Positions 16,452 to 26,696 of a stretch of 64,000 nucleotides of DNA are shown here, piece after piece (the first letter of the stretch is position 1; every line of letters starts with the position of its first letter). The stretch covers positions 71,439-135,438 of the forward strand of contig JAYUKW010000031.1 of the NCBI GenBank assembly GCA_043764155.1. The letters run 5' to 3'. This DNA is from Bdellovibrionales bacterium. Lineage in GTDB: Bacteria > Bdellovibrionota > Bdellovibrionia > Bdellovibrionales > UBA1609. The notes beneath the pieces were generated by a model. The model made no database searches and had not been told where the DNA came from. It saw nothing but the letters and a program-made list of their open reading frames with translations. Both the position numbers and the translations under genes were made by a program.

Positions 16452-17330
16452 ATGATGACAACATTTAAAAAGCTTACGTTTTTATTTTTAACGACAACTA
16501 TCTTTTCAATGACCACTTTGGTCCAGGCTCAGTCCTTAGATGTCGACCAACTTAATTTATCCTTGGTTGATGTCGTTCAGGAGCATGTTGATAGGTTTGA
16601 TTTTTTAGAAAGCGGATTTATAACTGTTGATAAATCTACTGATTTATCCCGAGGACTTTTAGGTCTTACCTTTGGATTTGAATCGACTGAATTAAATCTT
16701 TTGTCTTCACGAATTCCACAAAAAATATTTTTGGAAGGTGGATTAAACATCAAAACAACAGATCTGGGATCAGTTCAAAAAGTTGATTTTGAAGCCGTTT
16801 TAAATTTAAAAGGAGATCTGTTATTAATTTTAAAACATATTAATCAACTTTTTGATGATTGCGCCAATATTGACCCACAAGATAATTTCCAAGTTGAACT
16901 GTGTCTTTACATTAAAACCGCTGGAATTACGACGAATGCCAATCAGTTGGCCCCTGCTCTTGAATCTTTAAGAAACGCCTTATTGACTCTTATTTCGGGG
17001 AACTCGCCAGAAGACATGATGTATAAAGATCTAATTAACAGCATTATAATTGTGCCAGGAGTTGATGGCGTAAAAGCATCATTATTAGTCAATAATTTAA
17101 AACTTTTTGGTTTAGAGTTAAGTGGCGAGATCAGTTTAGACTTTACAAATACAGGTCTATTATTAAAGACGTCTGGATCTACGCTTTTAAATAGTGCTAA
17201 TTATGCAAGCTTCATTGCTGGATTTGAAAAAACCCTTATAGGCGTGCAAAACAAAGATCAGTCAGCTTTAGATTCGATCTATAATTATACGTATTTCACG
17301 TTTGAACTTTTAGAAGGTATTTTTCTTTAA
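16452..17330 (+). CDS. Secreted hypothetical protein
   Basis: ATG 16452 follows AGGAG. Signal peptide MMTTFKKLTFLFLTTTIFSMTTLVQA. The track ORF starts at 16413. Confidence 0.5.
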   Translation: MMTTFKKLTFLFLTTTIFSMTTLVQAQSLDVDQLNLSLVDVVQEHVDRFDFLESGFITVDKSTDLSRGLLGLTFGFESTELNLLSSRIPQKIFLEGGLNIKTTDLGSVQKVDFEAVLNLKGDLLLILKHINQLFDDCANIDPQDNFQVELCLYIKTAGITTNANQLAPALESLRNALLTLISGNSPEDMMYKDLINSIIIVPGVDGVKASLLVNNLKLFGLELSGEISLDFTNTGLLLKTSGSTLLNSANYASFIAGFEKTLIGVQNKDQSALDSIYNYTYFTFELLEGIFL

Positions 17331-17418
17331 GCTTAATTTTTTAAATAGATTAGTGTTGTTTTCTAAAGTGAGATTATATAAGTTAATTTAAATTTAGAAA
17401 TGTTCAAATTCTTAGTTT

Positions 17419-17494
17419 GCGGAGTTAGCTCAGTTGGTAGAGCACCAGCTCGACATGTTGGTGGTCATAGGTTCAAGTCCTATACTCCGCACCA
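17419..17494 (+). tRNA. tRNA-Val (anticodon GAC) with encoded CCA and an unusual C at position 33
   Basis: Hand-folded cloverleaf. Acceptor GCGGAGT/ACTCCGC, D arm GCTC/GAGC, anticodon stem CCAGC/GTTGG, loop TCGACAT, T arm ATAGG-TTCAAGT-CCTAT, A73, CCA. Confidence 0.85.
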
Positions 17495-17642
17495 TTTTTT
17501 AGACTTAAATCTTGAGTTTTTGGACCTAAACCTTAGCTTGCAGGTCATAATCCTTGCCGGTTTAATTTTTTAGAAAGAAGATCTTGATTTTATTTTTTAG
17601 CAGATAACTTTAAATTCAAAATATTTTCCAGGTTGTTAAATT

Positions 17643-19205
17643 ATGCTACTTCAAGACCAACTTTTTATTTTAACTTCACAACTTCTTAAACTAAATGAAA
17701 ATGAGTTTGACCAAGTTACTACTGATTTCGCAGCCAACTTCGGTGTCGATCTTATTGAACCTAAAAAAATTAATTCATACTCTTTCGCTTCGCTAGACAT
17801 AACAGAAAGTCTTATTAGCTATAGGGACTGGATCAAAGACCTGCGTTTAAAATCATTTATAAATATAAAATATGTGAGGTTGGGATCGATTCCAAAAATA
17901 CCCCAAAAGATATTAGAGCAATATAGCGCTGAAGAGAAAGTTATTCAGATTTCTTCAGATAAGTTAAATCGTTTTTTTGTTTTTGAAACTATTTATTCTA
18001 GATCAACTCACATCAGTGGTTCTGAACTTCTAGAATTAATAAATAGTCAGTTTAAAAACGAAGCTGATTGTTATGAACTGTGGATGGAACTACTAAATTC
18101 ATGCGTTAAAAACTATGGTAGTTATTTTGATGCAAGTACTGTTGAAGATGCGAAACGTTTTATGCGGCAATATTACGACATTAAGTCTAGTTCCAACACA
18201 GGTATTGAAATTCTAAGAATCATTCAGTATTTCTTAGCAGAGAAAAAACAACCATTTATTATTCCAACTATTCTAAAAAACAAACTGGTTAAGCCGGAAT
18301 CAAATTCAAATGATCTGATGTCTAATTTAGAGATATTGCCGCATCTGAAAGATGAAGCTTTGAGTTCAAATGAAATTACTATGCTTATTGACGCCCAAAA
18401 TGGTGGTGAGAAGCTTTGGCAATTATTATTACTCGATTTTATTAGATTGACTGAAAATTCTGAAGAGCACTCAGGGAAATTTAATAATATGATGTCAGAA
18501 ACTGAAACCCGTGAAGCACTTTTAAAAATGGACTCTTCGTATCTATCATTAGGGGATCTTTTTTTAAGATTTTTTGATTTTAAAAAAAATATTGAAATTA
18601 TTATTCCTCCTCCAATCTCTGAAAAAATTATTTGTCCTAAACCACACTTAGTGAAGCATATAGATCTATTTACGCCTGCATTAAATCCTGAACCTTGGAC
18701 CATGATGGCTTTTAGATATATTTGTCAAAATAGTGCCGACATTAATTTAAAAGCTATGAAAACCAAAGATAATCATAGCGTTCTATTTACTGATCTGAAG
18801 AGTAGTCTTAACGATGCATTAGATATTGCAAAGAAAAGTTCTAGTCCATTTTATGAATTATTTAGTCTGTCGATCTGGCTACTTGAAGCTGGAGATTTAG
18901 ACTTTGAGACATCAGACGGTAAATCAAAAATTTATTCTGATGTCGCAAATTCAGGGTTTTCTGACCGCGCGCAGAATTTTCTGAAGGAATCAGAAATTCC
19001 ATATTTCCTATGCACCATTAAGTTCCCATCACAAAAAATAAAAATTGCACTTATCCAAGAATTTGTAAAAAGTTTTTTTGCTACTGAATCATGGGCAAAT
19101 GAGGATTCAAGTCATGACGAAAGTATAAATCAGCGCAAATATATCATGACAGATGTGTATAATAGCCTGAGAAAAGCTAAAAGCTCTTTAGATTTAATTC
19201 TTTAG
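17643..19205 (+). CDS. Hypothetical protein (520 aa), no recognisable domain
   Basis: Long ORF directly downstream of tRNA-Val. No motif recognised. Confidence 0.5.
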   Translation: MLLQDQLFILTSQLLKLNENEFDQVTTDFAANFGVDLIEPKKINSYSFASLDITESLISYRDWIKDLRLKSFINIKYVRLGSIPKIPQKILEQYSAEEKVIQISSDKLNRFFVFETIYSRSTHISGSELLELINSQFKNEADCYELWMELLNSCVKNYGSYFDASTVEDAKRFMRQYYDIKSSSNTGIEILRIIQYFLAEKKQPFIIPTILKNKLVKPESNSNDLMSNLEILPHLKDEALSSNEITMLIDAQNGGEKLWQLLLLDFIRLTENSEEHSGKFNNMMSETETREALLKMDSSYLSLGDLFLRFFDFKKNIEIIIPPPISEKIICPKPHLVKHIDLFTPALNPEPWTMMAFRYICQNSADINLKAMKTKDNHSVLFTDLKSSLNDALDIAKKSSSPFYELFSLSIWLLEAGDLDFETSDGKSKIYSDVANSGFSDRAQNFLKESEIPYFLCTIKFPSQKIKIALIQEFVKSFFATESWANEDSSHDESINQRKYIMTDVYNSLRKAKSSLDLIL

Positions 19206-19456
19206 TTCCATATTTATAAATATTTATTTATTATGTCTAATCATTAGTTTGCGGAATAGTTATAACCTTTCGTTCTGGAATTTGTTGTCCTGCAAATAAA
19301 CAAACAGAACTTAGAGCCAAAAGGAAATAGATTTGTGAATATGAAAAATTTTTCGATAAAGAAAATATTTATATTTTTATCATTATCTATTTTAATAATT
19401 ACATTTCAAAAATAAATGATGATATATAAAAAAGGACTTGAAGCGTATTAAAAATA

Positions 19457-19885
19457 CTAATCATCTTTATTCAATCTCAATTTCAGATTAAATAATCTGA
19501 AATTGGTAGAGTCGTCGTTCTCGATTATTTCGACATCATAAATTTTATTTTCTTTTAAATAAATGTAATCAAAAGCCCGATCAGACCTTTCATTAGGTAA
19601 TGCAAAAACAGTCTTGCTATCTGTGTATTTTAGCAGGATAGAAATTAGCTGCTTTTCAAAATAATTAAACAAAAATACGTCCCATGAACTACTAAATATA
19701 GAATCTAACTTCGTAAACTGAATTGAATTTTCTTTTAGCTCATGAGCTTCTGTAATGACTTCTAATTTATCAGTATAAAATTTTTCCTGAACTTTTAATT
19801 CATTTAATATCAAAGAAACTTTATCCAAACTAACACAAGCCAATACGGATCTTGATAAAAAATTAATCTTTTCAGATTTATTCAT
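19457..19885 (-). CDS. Hypothetical protein (142 aa)
   Basis: ORF only, flanked by very AT-rich non-coding DNA. Confidence 0.4.
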   Translation of the reverse strand: MNKSEKINFLSRSVLACVSLDKVSLILNELKVQEKFYTDKLEVITEAHELKENSIQFTKLDSIFSSSWDVFLFNYFEKQLISILLKYTDSKTVFALPNERSDRAFDYIYLKENKIYDVEIIENDDSTNFRLFNLKLRLNKDD

Positions 19886-20143
19886 TCTCTAAGATTACTT
19901 CTATAGCTTACTTAAGTAAATAACTTTAATTTTAAGTAAAATTAAGAATTTTTATAATTATTTTAACTTATATATGTTCAAATATTTTTTGATTTTACAG
20001 TGTCTTAAAATTAAATAGTATAGCACTAACACATAATATCTAAGGCAGCATGAATCAATACTAAAAATCAATTGTAAAAAAAGTGGAGCATATTTTTAAT
20101 TCTAAAATTAATTAGCTAAGTTTTTAAATTTAAGGAGTAATCT

Positions 20144-21409
20144 ATGTTTAAGTATGTTTTTTTTATAGTTATATTTTCATTTAATTTTTTGGCCTTTGGG
20201 CAAGACTGTCAAATCTCTAGTACAAAAGGTTATGTTAAATCACAAACAGTTCCTGAATTTTCAGATGAACAAACTACGAATTGGGCCAGAACTGCTGAAA
20301 TCATAGCTCATACAAAAAACCTGAAAAGCCAAGATTTTGATCTTTTTTATGAAATGGCATCCCCTTATGACCCGAACAAAGAAACCATATTTATTGCAGG
20401 TGGTTTTTATCCTTGGGTGAATTTGCAATTCGTGACCAAAGGTTCTCTTTCTGATTTGGCTGTTAAATACAATGTATTTGAAATACATTGGCGTGGTACA
20501 GGGTGTAGTGAATTGCCTTTAGGATTAGCGCCTGAGTTATTTACTCATGAGATGCTGGCTTATGACCTAGAGCGCGTTAGGCTTCATTTAGGAATAAAAA
20601 AAATCAATTCATGGTCTTCGTCTAATGGATCTTTTTTAATGCTTATGTATTCTGTGTTATATCCAAAATCAACAGGCCAGATTTTTCTTAGAGATACGGC
20701 CATTTACATACCAACCCTTTTAGAAAGTTCTAAAAACTTTGAAAATAACATTTTGGTCGATTATTTGAATCAGCCAGAATTCGCTTCTTTTGATTACAAT
20801 ACAAAGTTTCAGTTCATAAAATCCAAAGATATTGTTTCTTATAATATCCTTCTAAAATCATTTGGAACTATTTTTTTTAGAAAAGAACAACAACGAACGT
20901 TAATGTTGGAGGTTTTAGAAGCTGCTTTTATATTAATCCAAGCTGATAATTCATCAACATTAAAAACTGAAATCACTGAACCCTTATTAGACTCATTAAA
21001 CCGTGTAGAGACTTGGAGTCATGCTGAACTATCAAATTACTGTGCGTCCACACTGAGTGAAGATTTTTCTACAATTAATCCTGATCAAGTTTACGTCGTA
21101 GATTATGTCTATCACCGCTGCCTCCCCTTCCAATTAAAATATAAAGCTAACCTTTTGTCTCAGTTAGATTTCAGAGGATCTTTAAAAAACGCACATAACT
21201 TTTTTGTATATCAAGGATATTGGGACGAATACTTGTATAAAGAATTAGCCGCTTCAATCGCGACTGAAAACAAGGGAAGTGTTTTATTTATTGATAAAAA
21301 CATTGGACATGGCGAAATCAATCAAAGAAGTTTTTCATGTTTTGCTACAATTTTATTAACCTTCTTTGATGACCCAGCATCAAAAGTTTATTTAAATTAT
21401 TGTAAATAA
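20144..21409 (+). CDS. Secreted hypothetical protein, possibly an alpha/beta-hydrolase fold
   Basis: Signal peptide MFKYVFFIVIFSFNFLAFG. Weak nucleophile-elbow-like WSSSNGSF. GGAG RBS. Confidence 0.45.
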   Translation: MFKYVFFIVIFSFNFLAFGQDCQISSTKGYVKSQTVPEFSDEQTTNWARTAEIIAHTKNLKSQDFDLFYEMASPYDPNKETIFIAGGFYPWVNLQFVTKGSLSDLAVKYNVFEIHWRGTGCSELPLGLAPELFTHEMLAYDLERVRLHLGIKKINSWSSSNGSFLMLMYSVLYPKSTGQIFLRDTAIYIPTLLESSKNFENNILVDYLNQPEFASFDYNTKFQFIKSKDIVSYNILLKSFGTIFFRKEQQRTLMLEVLEAAFILIQADNSSTLKTEITEPLLDSLNRVETWSHAELSNYCASTLSEDFSTINPDQVYVVDYVYHRCLPFQLKYKANLLSQLDFRGSLKNAHNFFVYQGYWDEYLYKELAASIATENKGSVLFIDKNIGHGEINQRSFSCFATILLTFFDDPASKVYLNYCK

Positions 21410-22050
21410 TAAAAATTTAAAAAGTTTTTCACCCAAAGTTCAAAGACATCTTTCGGGTTATGATTTAACCCCATTGTTTTTAGTGATGTGACTTCAGTCG
21501 AACACTGACCACAGACTTCGAATAGTTTAAACTTCTCTAAATCATTATTTACATTAATGGATAAGCCGTGGCTGACCCAGCCGCGGTGATGATGAAGCCC
21601 CAAAGACATTATTTTTTTATCATCAATAAAAATGCCAATATTTTGCTTATCATTCGATGTAACATTAAGGCCTAAATCTAAAAATGTTTTTTTTGAAATA
21701 TTTAAGATGAATTGAATGTAGTTTCTTAAAGTGAGCTGATTTGATTTTAAATTTAAGACTGGATAAATAATCAACTGACCTGGATTGTGCAGGGTCAGCT
21801 TCCCGCCCCTTAAAGTTAAGTCTACAGAGTTAAATACAGAATTATAGTGTGACAGATCTGTAGCCCATAGCGACTTACCAACACTTAAAACTTCTGGATG
21901 TTCACACCCCAAAATTAAAGTGCTGTCTGGATCGTGACTTTCTACATGTTCGGTTTGAAGTTTAAAAGTCTCTTTGATGTCTATTAAACCTAACCACTCT
22001 GACTTAAAGCTTATGGCACTACTCATGCTTTCATTCATATTATTATTCAT
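21397..22050 (-). CDS. lipB: Octanoyltransferase (lipoate-protein ligase B)
   Basis: LGCEHPEVLSVGKS and RGGKLTLHNPGQLIIYPVL are LipB signatures. C-terminal CG context (FEVCGQ). Confidence 0.85.
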   Translation of the reverse strand: MNNNMNESMSSAISFKSEWLGLIDIKETFKLQTEHVESHDPDSTLILGCEHPEVLSVGKSLWATDLSHYNSVFNSVDLTLRGGKLTLHNPGQLIIYPVLNLKSNQLTLRNYIQFILNISKKTFLDLGLNVTSNDKQNIGIFIDDKKIMSLGLHHHRGWVSHGLSINVNNDLEKFKLFEVCGQCSTEVTSLKTMGLNHNPKDVFELWVKNFLNFYYLQ

Positions 22051-22952
22051 GGCTCTAATAACTCGTTTTCAGAATAGGTCTTAAAGATAATTTGATTGTC
22101 TAAGATTTCATTTTTGTAGGGTCCATTCACAAAAACTAGTTTTTTTAAAACCTCAAATGGATTTGATGGAGCATAAATTTTAAAAGTATATTTATTGTTT
22201 TCAGAAGTATAAAGCTGCACATTTTCAAGTCCAATTCCAAGACTGTCTTTGATCGTGACACGAATTTGACCCAATTCCTCAAAAGTAAGTTCGCTTTCGA
22301 AAATGACTTGGTATTCATTTCCTGGGGAATTGTGTTTTTCATAAATTTTATTAGATGATTTATTTAAAATTTGGTCATTTAATTCTTGAGTTAAACCCCT
22401 AAAGCTAGAATCAGAAGTAAAAGTGCCTGTTCGGGATAAAAATACTAAATTTAAAGCCGAATTTTTAATTTGATAAAATGAAATTTCATTTAAATCTGCA
22501 CTTTCTATATTTTTAGAATCTAAAATCAAATTCCCAGTGATCAAATAATAATTTTCAAAGTTTTTAATATTGGATGAATTCACATTGGATAACATAAATT
22601 CCATGTCTATATTTTCTTTTAAAAAATCATCTTTCATTTTTTTTAAAACCTGTTTGAAAGCCACAGGAATTTTTAGCTTGTTTGGAACGCTAACCGGGGC
22701 CATTTCGGTTTCTAAAGGTTCTGTTTGACTGATCCACCAGCTGTAAGACTTTAATGAGTTTTTTTCTGTCATTTTAATTCTTGGAACAACAATAATTTTA
22801 AGAACTTCTTTAGTAGCCAGATTTGATATTTTTGTTGGCTCCTTTTTTTCTATGTTTTGAGAATATCCAATTTTCGTTGAAATTAAGATTAATAAATATA
22901 ATAAAATATTTGAATATAAATTATTATGTTTCAATCTAAGACCCCAAATCAA
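22047..22952 (-). CDS. Secreted/membrane-anchored hypothetical protein
   Basis: 301 aa with a hydrophobic N-terminus. Overlaps the dnaE 3' end by 17 nt and the lipB start by 4 nt, indicating an operon. Confidence 0.5.
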   Translation of the reverse strand: MIWGLRLKHNNLYSNILLYLLILISTKIGYSQNIEKKEPTKISNLATKEVLKIIVVPRIKMTEKNSLKSYSWWISQTEPLETEMAPVSVPNKLKIPVAFKQVLKKMKDDFLKENIDMEFMLSNVNSSNIKNFENYYLITGNLILDSKNIESADLNEISFYQIKNSALNLVFLSRTGTFTSDSSFRGLTQELNDQILNKSSNKIYEKHNSPGNEYQVIFESELTFEELGQIRVTIKDSLGIGLENVQLYTSENNKYTFKIYAPSNPFEVLKKLVFVNGPYKNEILDNQIIFKTYSENELLEP

Positions 22953-25900
22953 AACTCACGTCCTTAATGTCCATCAATTTACTGACTCTTTGAACAAAAT
23001 CAAGATCTGGGTACACTTTGCTTTCGCCGGCTCTGATCACATAGTCTTTGTTCATTTCTTTGGATGAGATCTCAAAATAGACTTGTGTGGGTCCTGGATG
23101 CTCATCAAAAAGGGCTGTCAATTGTTCGAGCTTTAACATCAATTCACTTTCTTTAAATCTAAATTTGATTTTATTTTTCTTAGCCAGTTCAGATCTTATG
23201 GGCTTAACTTCAGAGATAAACATTTTTTTTTGACTCTCTTCGACCTCAATTTTTCCAATAAAAATCATGGGGATATCCAATTCAAATTGAAGCTTATATT
23301 TGTCGTAGGTGTCTGGAAAAACAATAGCTTCAAAAGATTCAAACTGGTTTTCAATTTGAAGAAAGGCCATTCTGGTGCCTTTTTTTGTGATGATCTCACG
23401 CTTGCTGCCGATCAGACCTGGCATTTCAACAAATTCTTTTTTTGTTTTCTCATCAATAAAAGTTTTAACTTCAAATAAATGTTCAACTCCGTCCAAAGGG
23501 TGGCCACTTAAATAAAAGCCAAGAACTTCCTTTTCGAAATTTAAAACTTCTTTTTTACTATAGGGTTCCGTTTTTGGAATCACGATAGATTGTTGAAGTT
23601 CTTCGACGTTAGCAAACAAATCAAATTGGCCAATCTCTTTATCTCTTCGTGCACGTTCTTGGGATTCAATATAAAGGGGATAGCCTTCATAAAGTTCACG
23701 ACGATTAAATCCAAACTCATCAAAGGCCCCAGCCTTAATTAAGCTTTCAATGGTTTTTTTATTTACACGTCTTAAATCTACAGTTGAGAAAAACTGATCT
23801 AAGCTTTCGAATTTTTTATTTTCTAAACTATTTCGAGTTTCTAGAATGGCTTGGGCGGCGGCTTCACCAACACCTTTTACAGCACCTAAAGAAAATAAAA
23901 TATTGTCCCCAGCCACATCAAAATTAAATTCAGATGTATTTACACTTGGGGGCTTAATGGTGATCTTTTTTCGTCTGGCATCTTTGGCGTACTTCACAAC
24001 GTTATCCGTGTTGCTCATTTCTGTTGAAAGAAGGGCTGCCAAAAATTCCACTGGATAGTAATATTTTAGCCACGCCGTTTGCGCTGAGATCACACAGTAG
24101 GCGGCCGCATGGGATTTGTTAAATCCATACTTGGCAAACTCAGCCATCAATTCAAACAGGTCGCCAGCTTTTTTAGGATCAAAGTTATTGTCCCCAGCCC
24201 CTTTTAAAAATCTTTCTTTTTGCTGCTCCATTTCAGCAGCAATTTTTTTACCCATCGCTCGACGAAGCATATCCGCTTCACCTAGACTGTAGTTAGCGAT
24301 TTTAGCAGCGATCAACTGCACTTGCTCTTGGTACACAATAATTCCGTAGGTTTCTTCTAATACAGATTCAAGCTCTTTAAATGGGTACTTAACAGAAACT
24401 TCACCCATTTTTCTTTTGAGGTATTCCGGGATCATCTCCATCGGACCTGGTCTATAAAGGGCTGTGATGGCAACCAAATCTTCAAAGCGATTGGGTTTAG
24501 CTTTTGTGATTAAGCTTGTAATTCCACCGCCTTCAAATTGAAATACGCCGGCAGTGTCACCCTTTTGCATTAGATCGTAAATTCCAGGGTCGTTCATGGA
24601 AATACTGACCGTGTTGATTTTTATATTTCGGTTTTTTTCAATCAACTTAAATGTGTTTTGAATATGAGTCAGAGTTTTTAAACCCAAAAAGTCGAACTTA
24701 ATCAGTCCAAGTTTTTCAGCGTGCTTCATATCAAACTGAACTACGTTTTCGTTCGCACTTCCTATATATAATGGCGCGTGATCTACGATATTTCCGTCGG
24801 CGATAATAACACCTGCCGCGTGAATTCCGGCGTGACGAACAAGGCCTTCAATCTTTAAAGCTAATTCAACTAAAGTTTTAATCTTTGGATCTTGCTCAAA
24901 TAAGTCTTCAAATCGAGGTTCTGCCTCCAAGGCTTCTGAAATCGTGATCCCTAATTTTTCTGGAACTAAATTACAAATGTGATTCACTTCCGTAAATGAA
25001 AAACCTAAGACACGACCCACGTCACGAAGGGCGGCTCGGGTTTGAAGCTTTCCGTAAGTGATGATTTGAGACACACTTTCGGGGCTGTATTTTTCGGTAA
25101 CATAATTTATAACTTCAAGTCGTCGATCTTGGCAAAAGTCGATATCAAAGTCAGGCATACTGATACGTTCTGGATTTAAGAATCGTTCAAAAATTAAATT
25201 ATTTTGAATGGGATCTAAATCTGTAATCTTTAGACTATAAGCCACCAACGAACCAGCTCCAGAGCCCCGACCAGGACCAACAGGAATGTCATTGGCCTTG
25301 GCCCAACCAATAAAGTCTTGGACGATTAAAAAATATCCATTAAAACCCATCTGGTGAATGACTTTAAGTTCGAACTCTAAGCGTTCAAAATACTTGGGCT
25401 TATCTGAATCTTGGATTTCATTTCTAAGTTTTAATTCTAAAAATCTTTCTTCTAATCCTAGTTTTGCCAAATGACTTAACTCTTGGTCTTCAGTCCGGCC
25501 CTCTTGGGTTTCAAATGAAGGTAAATGGTAAATGGGTTGGCCGTCGTCTTTTGTAGTTTTGATTTTAACCTGACAGCGGTCAGCGATTTCATTCGTTCGG
25601 GTGTAAAGCTCAGTGTTGAAATGAAATAAGTTTTTCATTTCTTCTGAGGATTTAAAATAAAATTGATCTGACCCAAGTTTTTTTCTTGTGTCATCGCTTA
25701 ATGTTTTGTTTGTGCCCACACAAACTAAAATTTCTTGGGCAATTTGATCTTCAGGATTTAAGTAATAAGTGTTATTCGCGCCCACCAATGGAATTTTTAA
25801 ATCACTTGAAGATTGGTTTAGAAATTTATGGAATTCAGTTTCATAAGCAAGACCATGAAGATTGTATTCTAAGTAAAGCTGATCACTAAAAATATTTTTT

Positions 25901-26559
25901 AAATTTGATAGGTGGCTCATTGCTTGATCTTGGCTAGACGACATTTGCATCTGAGCCAACCAGCCATCAAAGCCACCCGTTAAAACAATAAGGTCTTGAT
26001 TAAAATCTTCCAATTCCGAAAAATCTAAAAATGGAGTTGAAAAATTTGTACGACGTTGATTTTTATAGGCATTGGTCGAAATCTGACACAGCTTCTGATA
26101 GCCTTTATAATTTTGAGCTAAAAAAACTAATTTCCCAAAATTTTTAAGATTGTAGTTGTTTGGATTTTGGCTTGGATTTAAATTCGCATTTTTATCTAAT
26201 TTACTTTGTGATTTTTGCTCCGTTTTTTTTTCCATACTTTTTTCAGTGCTAATATTGATACTTGCATCACTCATCGATGACATATTTTTATTTGCACTTT
26301 TTGCAGAAATATTTTGTAAGGACTTATCAAAATGAATATTTTTTGAAAAAGAAGTTAAGACCTCTAAACCCAAAATAGGATTGATTTCTTTTTTCTTACA
26401 CGAAAAGTAAAACTCAGCCGCCGCAAACATATTAGTGTTGTCTGTTAAAGCCAAGGCCTTCATAGAATAAGACTTGGCCTTTTCAATTAGTAGATTGACC
26501 TCTGTTGAGGACTCTAGAAGTGAGTAATGGCTATGATTGTGTAAATGGACAAAACTCAT
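22936..26559 (-). CDS. dnaE: DNA polymerase III alpha subunit
   Basis: PHP motif FVHLHNHSHYSLLES, palm GPGRGSGAGSLVAYSLKITDLDP, FNKSHAAAY. 1207 aa. Confidence 0.97.
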   Translation of the reverse strand: MSFVHLHNHSHYSLLESSTEVNLLIEKAKSYSMKALALTDNTNMFAAAEFYFSCKKKEINPILGLEVLTSFSKNIHFDKSLQNISAKSANKNMSSMSDASINISTEKSMEKKTEQKSQSKLDKNANLNPSQNPNNYNLKNFGKLVFLAQNYKGYQKLCQISTNAYKNQRRTNFSTPFLDFSELEDFNQDLIVLTGGFDGWLAQMQMSSSQDQAMSHLSNLKNIFSDQLYLEYNLHGLAYETEFHKFLNQSSSDLKIPLVGANNTYYLNPEDQIAQEILVCVGTNKTLSDDTRKKLGSDQFYFKSSEEMKNLFHFNTELYTRTNEIADRCQVKIKTTKDDGQPIYHLPSFETQEGRTEDQELSHLAKLGLEERFLELKLRNEIQDSDKPKYFERLEFELKVIHQMGFNGYFLIVQDFIGWAKANDIPVGPGRGSGAGSLVAYSLKITDLDPIQNNLIFERFLNPERISMPDFDIDFCQDRRLEVINYVTEKYSPESVSQIITYGKLQTRAALRDVGRVLGFSFTEVNHICNLVPEKLGITISEALEAEPRFEDLFEQDPKIKTLVELALKIEGLVRHAGIHAAGVIIADGNIVDHAPLYIGSANENVVQFDMKHAEKLGLIKFDFLGLKTLTHIQNTFKLIEKNRNIKINTVSISMNDPGIYDLMQKGDTAGVFQFEGGGITSLITKAKPNRFEDLVAITALYRPGPMEMIPEYLKRKMGEVSVKYPFKELESVLEETYGIIVYQEQVQLIAAKIANYSLGEADMLRRAMGKKIAAEMEQQKERFLKGAGDNNFDPKKAGDLFELMAEFAKYGFNKSHAAAYCVISAQTAWLKYYYPVEFLAALLSTEMSNTDNVVKYAKDARRKKITIKPPSVNTSEFNFDVAGDNILFSLGAVKGVGEAAAQAILETRNSLENKKFESLDQFFSTVDLRRVNKKTIESLIKAGAFDEFGFNRRELYEGYPLYIESQERARRDKEIGQFDLFANVEELQQSIVIPKTEPYSKKEVLNFEKEVLGFYLSGHPLDGVEHLFEVKTFIDEKTKKEFVEMPGLIGSKREIITKKGTRMAFLQIENQFESFEAIVFPDTYDKYKLQFELDIPMIFIGKIEVEESQKKMFISEVKPIRSELAKKNKIKFRFKESELMLKLEQLTALFDEHPGPTQVYFEISSKEMNKDYVIRAGESKVYPDLDFVQRVSKLMDIKDVSFDLGS

Positions 26560-26696
26560 GGAGAAAATATTAACATAAATATGTCTTAAGACCTAAGGTT
26601 ACTCGTATCAGAAAATCACACACCATTTCATAAAACTAAAGATCAGGGTCCTAAGAGCTCGAAACGAATAGATAATGACTCGGTGCCATTAAGATC

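Noticed and set aside
18224-18703. 159-aa minus-strand ORF inside the 520-aa hypothetical gene
   Set aside because: The plus-strand ORF is three times longer and spans it fully. Since neither has a recognisable motif, this is a judgement call favouring the longer ORF.
19244-19255. 12-nt match (TTAGTTTGCGGA) to the 5' end of tRNA-Val plus its upstream flank (17412-17423), considered as an att-type direct repeat
   Set aside because: Island att repeats normally duplicate the tRNA 3' end, not the 5' end. The match is only 12 nt, similarity decays immediately after it, and no integrase lies in the interval.
21397-21409. 13-nt overlap of the convergent genes 20144-21409 and lipB
   Set aside because: A small 3'-3' overlap is common and needs no special explanation.
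23230-25889. Plus-strand ORFs 23230-23478, 23846-24058 and 25686-25889 inside dnaE
   Set aside because: They are antisense shadow ORFs within an unambiguous dnaE.
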